The notes under the pieces were generated by a model that was given only the letters and a program-made list of their open reading frames with translations, ran no database searches and was not told the DNA's origin. From Octopus bimaculoides (taxonomy: Eukaryota): a stretch of DNA of 64,000 nucleotides. A program made the position numbers and the translations under genes. The stretch is taken from assembly GCF_001194135.2 (NCBI RefSeq), contig NC_068992.1:6409572-6473571 (forward strand), written 5' to 3'. Of the stretch, positions 63,170 to 64,000 are shown one piece after another (within the stretch, counting starts at the first letter, position 1; each line of letters starts with the position of its first letter).

Positions 63170-63790
63170 TCATGCTGAAGTCAATTTTGGCGTTCTGACC
63201 TGGTTACTGCAAGAACTCCAATGAGATATATGTTCGAACTGGGAGGCTGTTCAGTGTCACAAGAAAATACATCAATGGAGATGTAGATAGGCTATACTTC
63301 CTACACAAAGAGATCCGGTGGAAGGATTACACTGAGGATAAGAGAAATAAGAACCCACAGTTTGGTGGAAACCATAACCACTCATAATAAAAAGGAGTAG
63401 TGAAGACCTCAGTAAAATATAAACACAACAGAACTGATATAATGGTTTGAAATAGAGAAGAGAAACTGTGTACATTTGTGGAAATCAGCTGCCCAGCGGA
63501 TGTTAACGTAAAGCTGAAGATCAGTGAAAAAGAGAACACCTATGCTGAACTATTGAGAAATCTGCAGTTACTCTACCCAGATTACAAGTTCAGATTTATG
63601 CCTATAATTATTGAGGCACTAGGATATGTAACACACTGTCTAAATGCCAATTTTGAGAAATTAGGCTTCACAACACCAGAAAGGCGAAAGCTGATTCGAA
63701 GACGACAGATTCAAGGCACCACTGAAACTAAAAATCTGTAAAACTTTCCAGAAGTTTATCGTTTAAATATATATGAGAATGTCTAGATAT
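63170..63790 (+). mobile_element. R4-clade LINE 3' portion with internal deletion (post-RT region joined to RLE)
   Basis: NFGVLTW...INGDVDRLY (post-RT 'DVDRLY..R..GGRG'), then directly KYKHNRTDIMV*NREEKLCTFVEISCPADVNVKLKISEKENTYAELLRNLQLLYPDYKFRFMPIIIEALGYV (RLE 'RPD...E..P.D....K..KY..L...PI..GALG'). The CCHC region between them is missing. Confidence 0.88.
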
Positions 63791-63833
63791 GCAAGTATAC
63801 GCACGAAGGCACACATAAAACAAATGTCCACGT

Positions 63834-63887
63834 ATACATACATACATACATATATACATACATACATAACAAACATACATACATACA

Positions 63888-63921
<34 letters not shown>

Positions 63922-63976
63922 CATACATACATAACAAACATACATACATACATACATACATACATACATACATACA
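63834..63976. repeat. (TACA)n array with a 65-bp internal duplication
   Basis: The variant 25-mer TATATACATACATACATAACAAACA occurs at 63851 and 63916. Confidence 0.95.
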
Positions 63977-64000
63977 AAATTACCCTGTTGATGTTGTTGA

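Overview
AT-rich eukaryotic, essentially non-coding DNA; not prokaryotic, and no CRISPR, rRNA or true tRNA gene. It has 11 N-gaps (3,158 N, about 5%), dense microsatellites and many decayed transposable elements. The tRNA-derived SINE families, heavy microsatellite load and LINE types look like an octopus (Octopus sp.) short-read assembly; this is recognition, not a database match. No host protein-coding gene can be supported: nearly all ORFs in the track come from simple repeats, N-runs or TE debris. Recognisable protein remnants are all mobile-element derived: about ten R4/Dong-type LINE fragments (RT, CCHC, restriction-like endonuclease), RTE-type LINE 3' ends, a Tx1/L1-type APE endonuclease fragment, a Penelope-like RT and a mariner transposase N-terminus. 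The most notable structures are nests of R4/Dong fragments in (AAT)n arrays, a divergent R4-type copy followed by (TACA)n, a 14-bp CCGG minisatellite with a 70-bp higher-order repeat, a 24-bp minisatellite with a palindromic core, a 22-bp triplet of p53-type half-sites, and a SINE-Tx1-SINE chimera. I did not find a convincing novel protein-coding system. TE boundaries are approximate (about +/-30 bp or more for decayed copies).
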